DNA of 64,000 bases from Octopus sinensis. Taxonomy: Eukaryota. Made by a program: the position numbers and the translations under genes. The notes under the pieces are model-generated. The model searched no databases. It was not told where the DNA came from and saw only the letters and a list, made by a program, of their open reading frames with translations. Shown piece by piece: positions 13,576 to 27,550 of this stretch (position 1 is the first letter of the stretch; each line of letters begins with the position of its first letter). The stretch is taken from the NCBI RefSeq assembly GCF_006345805.1, contig NW_021832412.1:6711-70710 (forward strand), given 5' to 3'.

Positions 13576-13754
13576 GCACCAGGAGTGGAGGAGTGGCTGT
13601 GTGGTTTGTAGCTTGTTTACCAACCACATGGTTCCGGGTTCAGTCCCACTGCGTGGCACCTTGGGCTAGTGTCTTCTACTATAGCTTCGGGCCGACCAAA
13701 GCTTTGTGAGTGGATTTGGTAAACGGAAACTGAAAGAAGCCCATCGTATATATG

Positions 13755-13827
<73 letters not shown>

Positions 13828-14080
13828 ATGTGTGTGTGTGTGTGGTGTGTGTGTGTGTGTGTGTGAGTTTGTATGTCTGTGTTTGTCCCCCCAACATCGC
13901 TTGACAGCCGATGCTGGTGTGTTTATGTCCCCGTCACTTAGCGGTTCGGCAAAGAGACCGATAGAATAAGTACTGGGCTTACAAAGAATAAGTCCTGGGG
14001 TCGAGTTGCTCGATTAAAGGCGGTGCTCCAGCATGGCCGCAGTCAAATGACTGAAACAAGTAAAAGAGTAAAAGAGTAAA
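13576..14080 (+). mobile_element. SINE family B, full length
   Basis: Head, ccttgggc..gtgtcttctact segment, internal (TA)n(TG)n, (GTAAAAGA) tail. Confidence 0.88.
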
Positions 14081-14811
14081 TGATATGCTTTGAGTAAGAA
14101 TTGACTGTTATTTCAAGCAGATTGAGCGTCCATCTAGAAACTACCTAGCATGCTGTCTTGTTTTTGTTGCTGCTGTATAACCTAGACGAACCTCTATGCA
14201 AAATCGTTCTAAACGCGACCAACACGTCTTTTCATTAATATGAAGGAATGACAATACTATTCAATAGGTCCTTTATCTACGACGTTAGGATGTGTCATGA
14301 GAGAAATTTATCTACTATTTCTAGCACTCGGCACGATCAGATAGTGTTTACCATGCATCGTTGTGCTTGTTGTTGTTGTTGGGTCAGCCATGTTTATCGT
14401 ATTAGTTATCTGTTGCCATCATTGAATTTCTCTGATGTTGTGACATAATCAATCGTTATAATATTTGTAATTATAAATAATGAATCTATGGCGGTACCAA
14501 TGATTGATTAATGGTTAATCAACCAATCAATCAATCAGTGCAATATTGGTAATATGCCACATTATATTTTTATTATTTTTGTTCTTCTACTGCTTTTCAT
14601 CATTGGAATGCAGCCAAGCGGAAGCATCACTTTTATTGGAGTTTAATGAAAATCTATCGATACCTCTACTTGGTCAGGTATTGAGTTTATCGATCTCAGT
14701 CGTATATCAGATTGCTTATTTTACCTGTGTTACGTCCATTTTCAATAGGAATTTACGCCGATTGGTACAGACAGACACACATGGAAAGGGCTTACATACT
14801 CATACAGATGT

Positions 14812-14843
<32 letters not shown>

Positions 14844-15440
14844 TTATAAATATGTACATGTATATATATGTACGTATAACATATTATAACATATAATATA
14901 TAATATATTGTAACATACTAAAATATAAAATGTAATATAATATTATACACATACATGTATATATATATATGTATATATATATACATACGACATACACACA
15001 TATGACATATACATACATATGACATGCAAACATTCATATGAATATATATATGTATGTTTGTATGTATGTTTGTATGTTTGTATGTATGTATGTATGTATT
15101 ATACATTTGCATAAATATATATGTAAGTATTTGTATATATATATATATATATCTATATATATATATATATTATATATTATAAGTATACGTATATGTTAAA
15201 TAAAATGAGACAACAAAGCTGTGTGAAATTTTCAGGACATTTATAAAAAGAAAGTTAGTCTTACAGCTGTTTCTGAGATATTAGGGATATTCCTTATTAG
15301 AGACATAACTTACTTGCCACCTTAGGTCTTCTGGATACCAATACCTCTCATAAGTTACTCATAATACATACACCATATAATATATATATATGCCTAACAT
15401 ACATACATACCTGCATCAAATAAATATATATATATTAAAA

Positions 15441-15528
<88 letters not shown>

Positions 15529-15531
15529 TCT

Positions 15532-15636
15532 TGTATTTAGGAATGGTCATTTTGCCAGTTTAGCCAATAAAAACACACGCACTATATATTGGTGTTATTG
15601 GTGGCTAAACTGGCAAAATGACCATTCCTAAATACA
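15532..15636. repeat. Perfect 35-bp inverted repeat with 35-nt spacer
   Basis: tgtatttaggaatggtcattttgccagtttagcca (15532-15566) and its exact reverse complement (15602-15636). Confidence 0.9.
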
Positions 15637-16400
15637 TCAATATCTGTTTCAACACACGATTTCACATCAAAAATCTTGCTACATATATATATATATATAT
15701 ATTTATATATGAGTGTATGTATATATTTATATGCGTGTGGGGGGGGTGATTATTGTGCAATGCGGAAGGTAACGTACAAGGAATTCTACAATTAACATAG
15801 AATGAATTTCAAAATTTATCTCTTTGGTTTTCTGGTGGAGATGGTGGTGGTGGTGTTGACGCCTATGGTTGTAGCGGTGGTGTTCAGATTGGGGATGCTG
15901 GTTACGATAATGATGGTGCTGGTGATGATGGTATTATTATTATTAGTAGTAGTAGTAGTAGTAGTAATGATAATCGTGGTGGTGGTGGTCTTGTTGAGGA
16001 CGATGGTAAAGATGATGGTAGAAATAATGACAGTTGTGGTGGGGATGTTAATGGAAGTTTACATTTTATAAAGGAAGGCAATGAACGATTGACAGTTTGG
16101 TAGTTTTGGAAAAGATTATGTGTATCCTCTTCTGAATAATATCTGCTTAAAAGACGAGTTTATGAGAAGAGATAATGGTGGGTGGCTGTTGGTGTCAGGG
16201 GAGATAAGTGGAGGAGATAACTCGTATGTCATGAACCGTTTGGCTTAAGGAGAGCTTCACTTCTAATAAAAGTGAGTGTAGAGAAAAAAGGGTTGCCTTA
16301 GCATTAATAAATGTACAAATGTATGTATATGTGTGTGTGTATACGTGTGCATGCATGTATGTGTGTATAAATATATGTGTGTATTATATGTATATATATA

Positions 16401-16433
<33 letters not shown>

Positions 16434-16497
16434 AATGTCTATGTGTATATATATATATATATACATGTGTGTGTGTATATATATATTTACATATGTT

Positions 16498-16528
<31 letters not shown>

Positions 16529-16777
16529 GTTTGTGTGTGTATGTGTGCATGTTTGCTTATATGTGTACATATATATACGTACACATATGATACAAAGGCA
16601 GATTCACTGAGTGAATCATATACAGATAGGGAGAGAAAGGTTATGTAGATATGTAGATAGATAGACAGACAGACAGGCAAGCAGATTGACAGATAGTTAG
16701 ATAGATCGTATTCACACTTGTATACCTGTCTAGCTATCTGCTTACCTACCCATTTATTTATCGCTTTCTTTCTTTCT

Positions 16778-16808
<31 letters not shown>

Positions 16809-18093
16809 TGTGTGTGTGGTGTGTGTGTGTGTGTGTGTGTGTTTGTACGTGTTAGTAAAAGTAATATATCTTCTTTTGAAGTTTTTTTCTTCCAAACAAA
16901 TTTGCATATCCTTTAGTCTTAGAGTTTAGAGGCCAATTGATGGAGGTAGAATGCTGTTTTCATGAATTTATCTCTTCTTGCATTCCTGCGACGGCTTCTG
17001 TTTCTCGGAATTAGCTTAATGCTTAATCCACACATCTTCTCATCCCACTTTCTTGATCTTAACGCCCAGGCTCTACTTTAAGCAGTTCACTCCATCCTGC
17101 CTTTTTAGATTGCAGCCCTCTGGAACTCCCCAGACAAGTCAAGTTCCTCCACTCGCTATCCCCCAGATATTCAACCTGAACATCGACCGCATTATTCTCA
17201 CCATTCTAGGATTGCTTGTAACTGACATGGACACTATCCTCTGAATATATCTTCTGACTAACAAAGGCGAAAATAGTGAAGATCGGGTGTATACTCATAA
17301 ATGCACTTTTGAATTACATATTGATTTCTAAGAGAGGTATAAGGTCAGATTTCGAGGCTAATATATCATTTAAAAAGAAAGCAATCAAATAAACCATTGC
17401 TACAACAAGAGCCACTAATAACTTCAATAAAAACAGTGTGATTACATCTAATATATCCATAGACAAATTTATTAAACTGATGAATACTATTGACTGTATG
17501 AAAGTAAATCCCATTGTTTTCAAGTGGTGTGTTATTAGGTCGGCCGATAACTTGCTAGTTTTGATGAAAGAAGAAAATAAATTCATTGAAAATAAAAGAT
17601 CCTACTTTATTTAGTCTAGGTAACGGCTCACGATAGCCATAAACAGCAGTTCCAAAGCAAATTCCTGGAGAGATAAATAGAACGTCATTACGTCGTTTAA
17701 ACATAATGCGTAGACATCATGGCGTCTTGTTATGGAGGGAGACAATTGAATTGGCGACGAATCATGCGATATTGTTTCAATTTTTGTTCATATCAACAGA
17801 AGTGTGGTTATTATTAATGAAAAGAACTGCTTCAGAAACTTTCGTTTGTCGTTCTCTTAATGAAACCGAATTCTTATTCTTGTCGCTGGTGTTGTTGTTA
17901 TTGCTGTTTCCTTCCTTTTTTTCTGTTTTTTTCTTTTTTCCCCATCAGATATTTATTTGGGTTAAGTATTTTCGAACAGCACATATATTCATTATCTATC
18001 TTTCTTCAGATATTTCTACAATTATCATTTTTCTATAGAGAGCAACATCGATGTAAACAGTTCAATGGTCTTATACACACACACACAAAATGC

Positions 18094-18203
<110 letters not shown>

Positions 18204-18695
18204 TGTGCGTGTGTGTGTGTATAAATATATGTATATGCGTGTGTGTGTGTGTGTGGTGTATCAGTCTGTCTGTCTGTATGTGTACGTTCACTCAAGCAGG
18301 TATATAATATATGTAATTATCTATAAAGATATATTAGGAATACATTTTCTAGCAATAAATCTATAGGAATTCGCAACAAACTGCATTCACAGCTTTATAA
18401 CTTAATATAGTATATAGACTAACTGAATAAGAAAAAACATTTCCAGGCTCGCACACACGCGCGTGCGTGCGTGCGTGCGTGCGTGTGCGTGTGTGCGTGA
18501 GCGTGCGCACCCATAATTTCATTGGCTGACGCGAACACTAGTGAATTTGCTATTCCGTCATTGCAAAATGCATCGAAGACTGCTGAGTCATGCGACTTTA
18601 TGCAACGGAGAAACTGTCAATATTCACCAGTATTGGTTGTAGTCGCACATATATAATATATACATACATACATACATACATACATATGTATATAC

Positions 18696-18742
<47 letters not shown>

Positions 18743-18780
18743 ATTATATATATATATATAATATATATATATGTATATAC

Positions 18781-18811
<31 letters not shown>

Positions 18812-19241
18812 TGTATGTAGAAAAAGAGAAAGAGAGATGCTTATTTATATATATATATATATATCGTTGCTATTTTGCAAAGGTGTCGTAAGTCCAAAAC
18901 GCTTTTTTTTTTTTTTAGAAAGCGAAAAAATAGTTTCACCATTCCATAGCAAAATCGTTATACTACATTTTGTCAATTTTGGTATATTGGTATCTGAGGC
19001 AGCTGAAGATGTGATAATTTGACCAAAAGATCTGGGTATTGCAAGCAAAAATAGATATTGGAAAAAACATATTTGGCCAAAGTTGGATATACGACAGTTT
19101 AACATAATAGTAATGATATCTATGTATATATATATATATATAAGTAGGTGAATGAATTATCCTATGTTTATCGTCAGCATGGAAAATTCGAGAGTGAAGG
19201 AATTTTGTTAACATCTTCGTTCGACTCCATTCTTTCATTTA

Positions 19242-19283
<42 letters not shown>

Positions 19284-19520
19284 GTCCACAAGTTATTTTT
19301 TATTCTTCCTCTGTTTATTTTCTCTTATTCCTTTCTATTGAAGAGCATAGACTCTAAATATAAAGACTTCCTCACTTTCTCGAGCGTCAAACTAATACAC
19401 CTGTTTGGTGTTCATACACTTGTCTTCGTCTTTTGTTTTTCTGTAAATTTCAGCTATGTATGTGTGCTTCTGTGTAAATGTATGTATGTATATATGTTTG
19501 TGTTTGTATATATGTATATA

Positions 19521-19588
<68 letters not shown>

Positions 19589-19745
19589 GTGGGTGGTTGT
19601 GTTTAATAAAAGGAACCAATAAATAATTATACTACAAACAGTACATGTTAAAAAGTTACAAGTACCTACTACCAACAGTAAATGCGATGCTATACACAGA
19701 CACACACACACGCACACACACACACACACCACACACACACACACA

Positions 19746-19855
<110 letters not shown>

Positions 19856-21226
19856 TATATATACATATATGATACTTAATGCATATACGTTGTTGAAAGC
19901 CTTCTGAGCTGCGGTATTCATCTGGAGAAAGTATCTCGTACAAAGTTTTAAAAATCCGACAGAAATATATGAGTAACAGACAGAAAGTTCTAGCGGCTGA
20001 TAAACTCTCTTATACTTCTGTGTTTTTGACACTATACGTCTCTATGCGATATTTCCTCGAGACGAATACCGGAGGTTTCATGCTTTCAGCGTATGTGTTT
20101 GCTTTAAGCATGATACACAGAAATTTGGATAGGTATGTGTTTGTGAATGGGTTGGTTTAAGTTTGTGTGTGTGTGTGTTCCTCCAAACATATATGATGAA
20201 CACGTTTTGCAGCTGTACTAACTCTTAGTTTGCAGCTAACTAATTCTAAAGCTATATAACCTAACACAATACTTTGTACATAAACTAAACGTAAAAAGGT
20301 ACTAAATATATTTTGTTTACTGTCGTTTTTACAACTTCAAACAGCAACATTTCAAATACTCACAAAGTGAAACAATCTTCTGCTAATACTTTTATTATTA
20401 AATTTATTTTCCTCGCGTGCAATAGTACTGTATTCCTGTTAGTATCGTACAATTTTTCTAGAACTACTGAATTTTCGAGGTGCCAATATTTTTCCTTGTC
20501 ACTTTATTAGAAATACGAGAAGCTATATTTTTTTTCCATATTTACTAATAGTTTCAGAAGATTATATTTCGAAAAATATTAAACAGGATTCGACATACTG
20601 ATGTCGTATAAAATATTGTCAAATACCTCTTCTCTTTTTTTCTCCGTTCTTTGTAAATAACTTTTTGCACCACATAAATTAATCAAAATCGCTTGAGACC
20701 AATAACAGACGTTTTAACAGACTTGCAAGAGTGAAGACATCTCTCTATATTTTAGGAAAATGTCGTTTGACCAATGCAATCTGACGGAGATATATGTGGC
20801 ATGTAGGAATTGTATAAACTGTTTTTTATCTTCAAAAAGTCGAACAATGTCTCAAACTTTTGCATATGAGTCGTAAATTCAGCAGAAATATTGTAAACGA
20901 AGAAAAAGTAGTTTAAATGTAATTTCAATAACGAAAGAAAAAAAACAGTCACTAAAATCAGCCACAATATTTCAAATTATGATCAGCAAAGAAAAACCAC
21001 ACAAAGTGAAGAGTGGCATAAACCAATTCCTGATTATAGAATTTATCAAGTGTCTCAGATATTTCAGATATTGTAAAAATAATTTTTCAATACATTTCAA
21101 AATTTAACTTTTCATTCAAAGTGGAATCTTCAAAGTAGACTGGATTTATTTAAAACTAAAAATATTCCACAGTACAAACACATTTATATTCTACATACAT
21201 ATTGTATACATATATGTGTGTGTGTG

Positions 21227-21273
<47 letters not shown>

Positions 21274-21511
21274 CATATTATATCCATATATATATATATG
21301 CATATATGTATAGTTTACTGTTCGCATATAGATAGGATCAACAGAAAAGTACCCCATCCAGTGAGAGATAAATATCATATGTCACACACTCAATTACAAA
21401 ATATGCTACAATTAGTTCCATGCTTTAAGATACATTAAATTGGCAGATTCATGTAACATGGCATGTCATTGTCTATTTTAATGTTTCATATATATATATA
21501 TACATGTGTAG

Positions 21512-21705
21512 TCTTTTATTCGTTTACTTGTTTCAGTCATTTGACTGCGGCCATGCTGGAGCACCGCCTTTAGTCGAACAAATTGACCCCAGGACTTATT
21601 CTTAGTCTATCGGTCACTTTTGACGAACCACTAAGTTACGGGGGCGTAAACACGCCTGCATCGCTTGCCAAGCGATGGCTGGGGGGACAAGCACAGATAC
21701 ACAAA
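21512..21705 (-). mobile_element. SINE family B, 3' half
   Basis: Reverse complement of the B 3' module. Confidence 0.75.
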
Positions 21706-21968
21706 CATATATATGTATGTGTATGTGTATATATATATATATATACATATATCAGCCGAAATTGCGAGGATAATCCGGTTCTTGACTGAAGATATAAGGC
21801 TTCGAATGACCCGTCCTTGATTTTTTTGTATCGTCTATCTGGATGTTTTGTTGTCCCTTTTTGTATCATCTAGTTGTCCGGATGTTTTGCGTTCTTGTCA
21901 TATTTTGTACTTTATTGTATATATATATATATACATATACATATATTTATGTATATATATATATATAT

Positions 21969-22003
<35 letters not shown>

Positions 22004-22068
22004 GACAGAGAGACAGAGAAAGAGGGAGAGGGAGAGAAAGTGTGTATATATATATGTGTGTGCGCGAG

Positions 22069-22164
<96 letters not shown>

Positions 22165-24109
22165 CGTATGTATGTGTATCATACTAAGTGAAATATAAAC
22201 ATATTGCATAGAAATAAATGATTTTGGCAAAGGTCATATTTTCTCGTGGAATTGTGTGTTATATGTCACCAAATACAAAGTAAAGTTTATTCACAATATC
22301 TGGAACGAAGCACCATTTTTTCAGTTGATATTCCATACCCTAATTATATTTTGGATTTTTAATCTATTTTAACTCATTTGAGAAAAACCAATAATTATTT
22401 TTCAAAATGTCAATTTTATCCTCTAATTGCAACATTTGCTTCTTGTTCTTTGTTCATTAAGTTTCCAGTGTCTTCTTTGGAAATATACTAAGTATTCCAT
22501 ATATGTTATGGAATACGCGATTCATTTATTGCTAGTAATAAATATACATACACCTTTACTGTTTACATCCACATTTGAAGTGAAACTTATTGTGTCTACA
22601 TACATCTATGATAACGCGGCGAAATTTGAACTCAGAAAGGTGAAGGTGAACGAAATGCCACGAAGCATTTTGTCCGGTGTGTTAATGATCCTTCCATCTC
22701 ACCACCTTTACACAGTATTTGATGATATTGATGATTTCCAACAATGGCGCTTAGAACATTTTAATGAGAGATAAGGCGTGTGTGCTTAACTGTATGCCGA
22801 GCTCCATCCCGGAAAGGTAAACTTAATGGCGGCCATATTTGAATTGAGAAAATATAAAATGTCGTTCAGAAATCCTCGGACAAATCAACATTTTATCATT
22901 CACTCTTTTGTGTTCTCCGCTCACCGCTCGTTAAACATCTAATAAACATAGATATAACCTATGTTTCTAGTCAACAGTCCTCACTCTGTACTCCTATAAA
23001 ACAGTTTAGTTATTCTCTCGTGTAAAACCGAATAACAATTACTATAACAACAATAGAAACTGCAAGGAGCGGAAGTGAGGGAATGATGGGAAATGGGTGG
23101 TGTGTGTGTTGTGATGATAGCGTTGGCGTTCATGTCGGAGCGTTTGGATATTGAATTATTCAGTCTGTGGAATAATTCCTCAAAGAATCATGGCTCAGTT
23201 CTACAAAAGACACCAACAAAGCCGAACACAAACGAATGCTTCAGACGGTGTTTTGTTTCTTTTTATTTTTGGTTTTTTATGTCGCTATTTGAACATGTAT
23301 GTGCATGTGTGTGTGTATGTCTGCATGTGTGTGTGCGTGCGTGTGTGTGTATGTGCGTGTATGTGTTTGTTCATGTCTATATATTCATTTGTTGGCTTTA
23401 TACGTACGTGTGCGTTTGTGTGTGTATGTGTGCATATGCTTTGTTATGCTTGCATATGTATTTGTGTGGTCATGTATGTATACGTGTTATACAGAATTGG
23501 TCAGTTTGATGTCGATAAGTATGAAGATGTAAAAGAAGAATGGGAAATAAGATCAGTCTCTAGTATTATATGCACGTGTGATAGTCATAATAAAGAAAAA
23601 TAAACAACCAGCTTGACCTATATTATCACCTTATCACCTTTATCGCTGGCAAAAGCTGTTTGGTGAGGCTTAACCAACATCAATATACAAACTTTGTTTC
23701 ATAGAAGAGCGTCTATCCTATGGAAATAATAAAACTAAATCAAATATTGTAAATAGTTCAAAGACGCCATCTGCATGACAAACAATAGTTAAGTTAACGG
23801 TAACATATTTAATGCCGAGTGCATAAAAAAAGCGAACCGGGCGTAATTATACGGTATTCTCTAAACAGTTCTGTTTCTCTAAACCAACCAGTTAAACTTG
23901 TTATGTTTATATGTCTATTATATAAGTTATATATATTATCTCATACCCTGATACTGTATGGACTGCGATCTCCGTTGACAGATCGCTGATATTAAATAAA
24001 GTGATAAAAAGTATGCAAATTAATCGATTCGTTTCCCTGAAGCTAGTGGACTTGTGTATATAAACAGATTGGCTGTTTTTTCTCTGCGATTGGTTAAATT
24101 GATACAGAC

Positions 24110-24152
24110 GCCTCTGATGAGAGCTCAATAAGGTTCGAAAACCGATTAAGGC
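24110..24152 (+). ncRNA. Minimal type I hammerhead ribozyme motif
   Basis: gcct-CTGATGA-GAGC(tcaataag)GTTC-GAAA-accgat-TA-aggc: helices I and II pair, core intact, predicted cleavage after 24148. Confidence 0.65.
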
Positions 24153-24200
24153 TGTTCGTCGTTTTTTACCATCAACGGAAAAACTGTTAAATTGGCCATA

Positions 24201-24305
24201 TTTAAAATTTTACCTGATGATGGTGGATTATATATTGTTATGTAATCTTTTATGATTGCATTAAATAAATAAAATCCTGCCGAAACAGCTGTCGTAAATT
24301 TTAAA
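24201..24305 (+). ncRNA. Type I hammerhead ribozyme motif with long helix II loop
   Basis: tttaaaattttac-CTGATGA-t-ggtggatt...aatcctgcc-GAAA-CAGCTG-TC-gtaaattttaaa: 12-bp helix I with one bulge, palindromic helix III, GUC site at 24291-24293. Confidence 0.65.
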
Positions 24306-24861
24306 CGTCATTTGTATTTATATCTTATATTTGCTGCATAGGTTACATATATATGATATAGTCTTGTATGTTTAAACAATAATTTTTCAGTGAATACGAG
24401 AAAGTATCGACTTTGCGGAAGAGGGCATAATAAGACTGAAACATGTTGCGAATTGGTAGAGTTGTTAGGGTATAGAACAAAACATCTGGTATTTGTTCCG
24501 GTTTTCTGTACCCTGTTTTCAAATCCCTCCGCCTTTCTTCCTTTCTGGTTCGATAAAATACACACAGATCGAGGATGGGGAATTGACAGAAATGTAGTGA
24601 GTGCTTTGTGGTATCTGTTCGGGATCTTTCTATTACGAGTTGTTGAGAAGTGGACTTCATCTACCGCTCGGTTTAACGCCACATTTTAATATTTTAACCA
24701 AACGCCATTTAGTAGAAAAATGTTAAGGCCAGATCTTCACTTTAACAGAAACTTTCCTTCTTTCTACTGCTGATCTTGAACGCCCTAAAAACCATATTCC
24801 GTTGGCGCTGCCCTTTCGTCTTAACAAAACGGTGCAAATAGAATGCATAATATTATTTCTT

Positions 24862-25068
24862 ATTTGAGCACAAAGCCTAATAATACTTGATGGGAGTGGG
24901 TTATTTGATTACATCAAACCTAGTGCTCGACTATTACTTTTGATCGACCCCTAAAGGATGTAAGGCAAAGCCAACCTCGGCGGAATTTGAACTCAGAACG
25001 TAAAGCCGGAAGAAATGCCGCTAAACAACTTGTCCGACGCACCAAAATTCTGCCAACTGGCCACCTTA
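24862..25068 (-). mobile_element. SINE family A
   Basis: Diverged copy with B-box and body module. Confidence 0.7.
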
Positions 25069-25761
25069 ATAATTTTGTGGGGGAAGGGACAGTAATTTCA
25101 GAGGGAGGAGGGTACTCGATTACATCGACCCTAATACTTGAAGGGGCCTAATAGCATCGAAATAATAATGAAAGGTAAAGTTAACCTCTGCGAATTTGAA
25201 CTGCGCATGTTAAGACCCAAATGATAAAATATACATCACCAATTAATTAGTATTGTTTGTTTTTTTTCCTTCTCCGTGTAATGATTTCTAATTAAATATT
25301 GATCTTATCAAATGTATAAACACAAATTTAATTATAGTTTGACAACAGACCATCTTTCACGTATGATAGACATCATAAAAAAATTACTCATTCCCTTGGT
25401 GAAAGTTATCTGATACATCGTTAGACATAACATAAAATGATGTAATAACACAATCGATAGCAGTCTGTATACTGCTGCTGTTACAAGACACAAGACTCGT
25501 ATTATAGCTTATATATAACACCAATGTTATCTATAGGACATAAGACTAATATTAGATATACACCAGTGTTATACACGGAAGGTAATAAGACCAGTGGGTC
25601 CGGTCAATGAAATAAGCCACATAAATAAAATACAATACTGTCAAAAATCTCAACAGTCTCAACCAAAGAATCAAACACATTGGTAGCGTTATATAGGATG
25701 TAAGATGAGCAATAAATCCAAAGACCATGTACCTGTTATTAAGTAACTTACTTAAATGTAT

Positions 25762-26128
25762 GTGGAAGCGGAATGGCTCAGTGGTTAGGGCATAGGATCG
25801 CGGTTTCGATTCTCAGACGGGGCTTTGTGCGTGTTTATTGAGCGAAAACACATAATGCTCCACGTGGCTCCGGCAGGGTGTCGTGACGAACCCTGCTGTA
25901 CTCTTTCACCACAACTTTCTCTCACTCTTTCTACGTGTTTCTGTTGTACCTGTATTTCAAAGGGCCAGCCTTGTCACACTCTGTGTCACGCTGAATCTCC
26001 CCGAGAACTACGTTAAGGGTACACGTGTCTGTGGAGTGCTCAGCCACTTACACGTTAATTTGACGAGCAGGCAGTTCTGTTGATTGGATCAACTGGAACC
26101 CTCGTCGTCGTAACCGACGGAGTGCCAC
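25762..26128 (+). mobile_element. SINE family C with 13-bp TSD
   Basis: gtggaagcg..agtggttagggc tRNA-like head, gtttcgattc B-box; TSD acttaaatgtatg at 25750-25762 and 26127-26139. Confidence 0.85.
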
Positions 26129-26150
26129 TTAAATGTATGGAACTTTAAGA

Positions 26151-26435
26151 CAATGGGTCTCAAACCTTTTCCCCCTATCGAGCCATTTTCTCCCTATTTT
26201 ACTCTGCTGGACCCTCAAAGCCATTTGATGCCCCAAAAATCCTATTATATTTTTATAATTCGATATTGATCGGAATTATATTAAAAAAACCTGTTAAAAT
26301 ATTTCGTGTATTGTACATGTATAATTAATTAATTGTACATAATTTTTAACAACAAAATCACGTATGGACACCACGCCCCACCCAACGGCCATGTGGACCC
26401 CTAAAGGTCATATGAACCCCGGTTGAGAACCACAG
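26151..26435. mobile_element. Non-autonomous hAT (Charlie-like) element
   Basis: Termini caatgggtctcaaacc / ggttgagaaccacag resemble the CAGTGGTTCTCAA-type TIR; no clean 8-bp TSD. Confidence 0.55.
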
Positions 26436-26519
26436 ATTTCTTGAATGGAAATAAATAATTATAAAGCAATAACCTTGAATGGTGTTGTATACTAGCGAAA
26501 CAACAATATTAACGAACTA

Positions 26520-27550
26520 GTAATTAACTCCGGGATCGTTTCTAAGCCACAATTTTTATGCCTGGAATGAAAAAAATAAAGCATCTGGATAAAAATATAA
26601 AGTGTTCCTATTTTGAGGTTTGAAACCAATTGTTGATGAACCTCGATACTCCTCTAAAACTGCTGAATCAAGGAGTAGAGGTTAAAACTCTGAGTACCAG
26701 CAAAAGATCATGCATAGTTATGTTTGCTGAAACCTAGGAATGGTGAAATATAAAGACAGGAAGCGCAGCATCTATTAGTCACGTAACTGTTGCAACACGT
26801 CACAAGGTTTCCAACAACAGGCAGCCAGAACACGTGTGTTGAATATAGGAGGCAGCGAAGACCTTAAAGCACTAAGATACGATCTAAAATATCGATTATG
26901 CCAGTCAATATATCGACGCCATTAAACATCTGATCAGCAGCTACCCCAAAATGTCACACAGGAAACATTCCCATCAAATGTAAACATAACTGGCCAGATA
27001 TTGTTTGGGAGAGACAAGAAAATGTGCGTACCATCTTCTGGCGTGAATAACTCTTTGAAAATCAAAGAGGAAGATAATACCTATTTCTTTACTACCCACA
27101 AGGGGCTAAACACAGAGAGGACAAACAAGGACAGGCAGACGGATTAAGTCGATTATATCGACCCCGGTGCGTAACTGGTACTTAATTAATTGACCCCGAA
27201 AGGATGAAAGGCAAAGCGACCTCGGCGGAATTTAAACTCAGAACGTAGCGGAAGACGAAATACCGCAAAGCATTTCGCCCAGCATGCTAACGTTTCTGCC
27301 AGCTCGCCGCCTACAAGAGGAAGATAATACCGATGGACAACTGCTTCGAACCCTCCAGCTGATATATCCAGATTGTAAATTTAGGACAATAATGTTGGGT
27401 GCGCTTGGTACTGTGGATAAATGCTTACGTGACAATCGAGGTAAGTTAGGGTATTCAGAAAACGAAATCAACCTCCTGTGTCGCACATTATGAATACAAT
27501 CTGTAAGTGGAACAGTAAAAATATGCAAGACTTTTCTCAGGTTTAAAATG
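26520..27550 (+). mobile_element. Decayed RLE-type LINE 3' region, interrupted by a SINE
   Basis: Frameshifted HLISSYPKMS, HNWPDIV, and MLGALGTVDKCL...SVSGTVKICKTFLRFKM* motifs; SINE with 17-bp TSD inserted at 27082-27314. Confidence 0.65.
27082..27314 (-). mobile_element. SINE family A with 17-bp TSD
   Basis: TSD aagaggaagataatacc at 27065-27081 and 27315-27331. Confidence 0.9.

Noticed and set aside
21776-21820. CTGAAGA...GAA..GTC hammerhead-like string
   Set aside because: Helices I and II do not pair and GAAA is absent.
23190-23247. Possible first coding exon MAQFYKRHQQSRTQTNASD-G downstream of a gcggaagtg ETS-like motif
   Set aside because: Weak donor (gtgttt), phase 1 is incompatible with the phase-0 exon at 34589, and no intervening exons were found.
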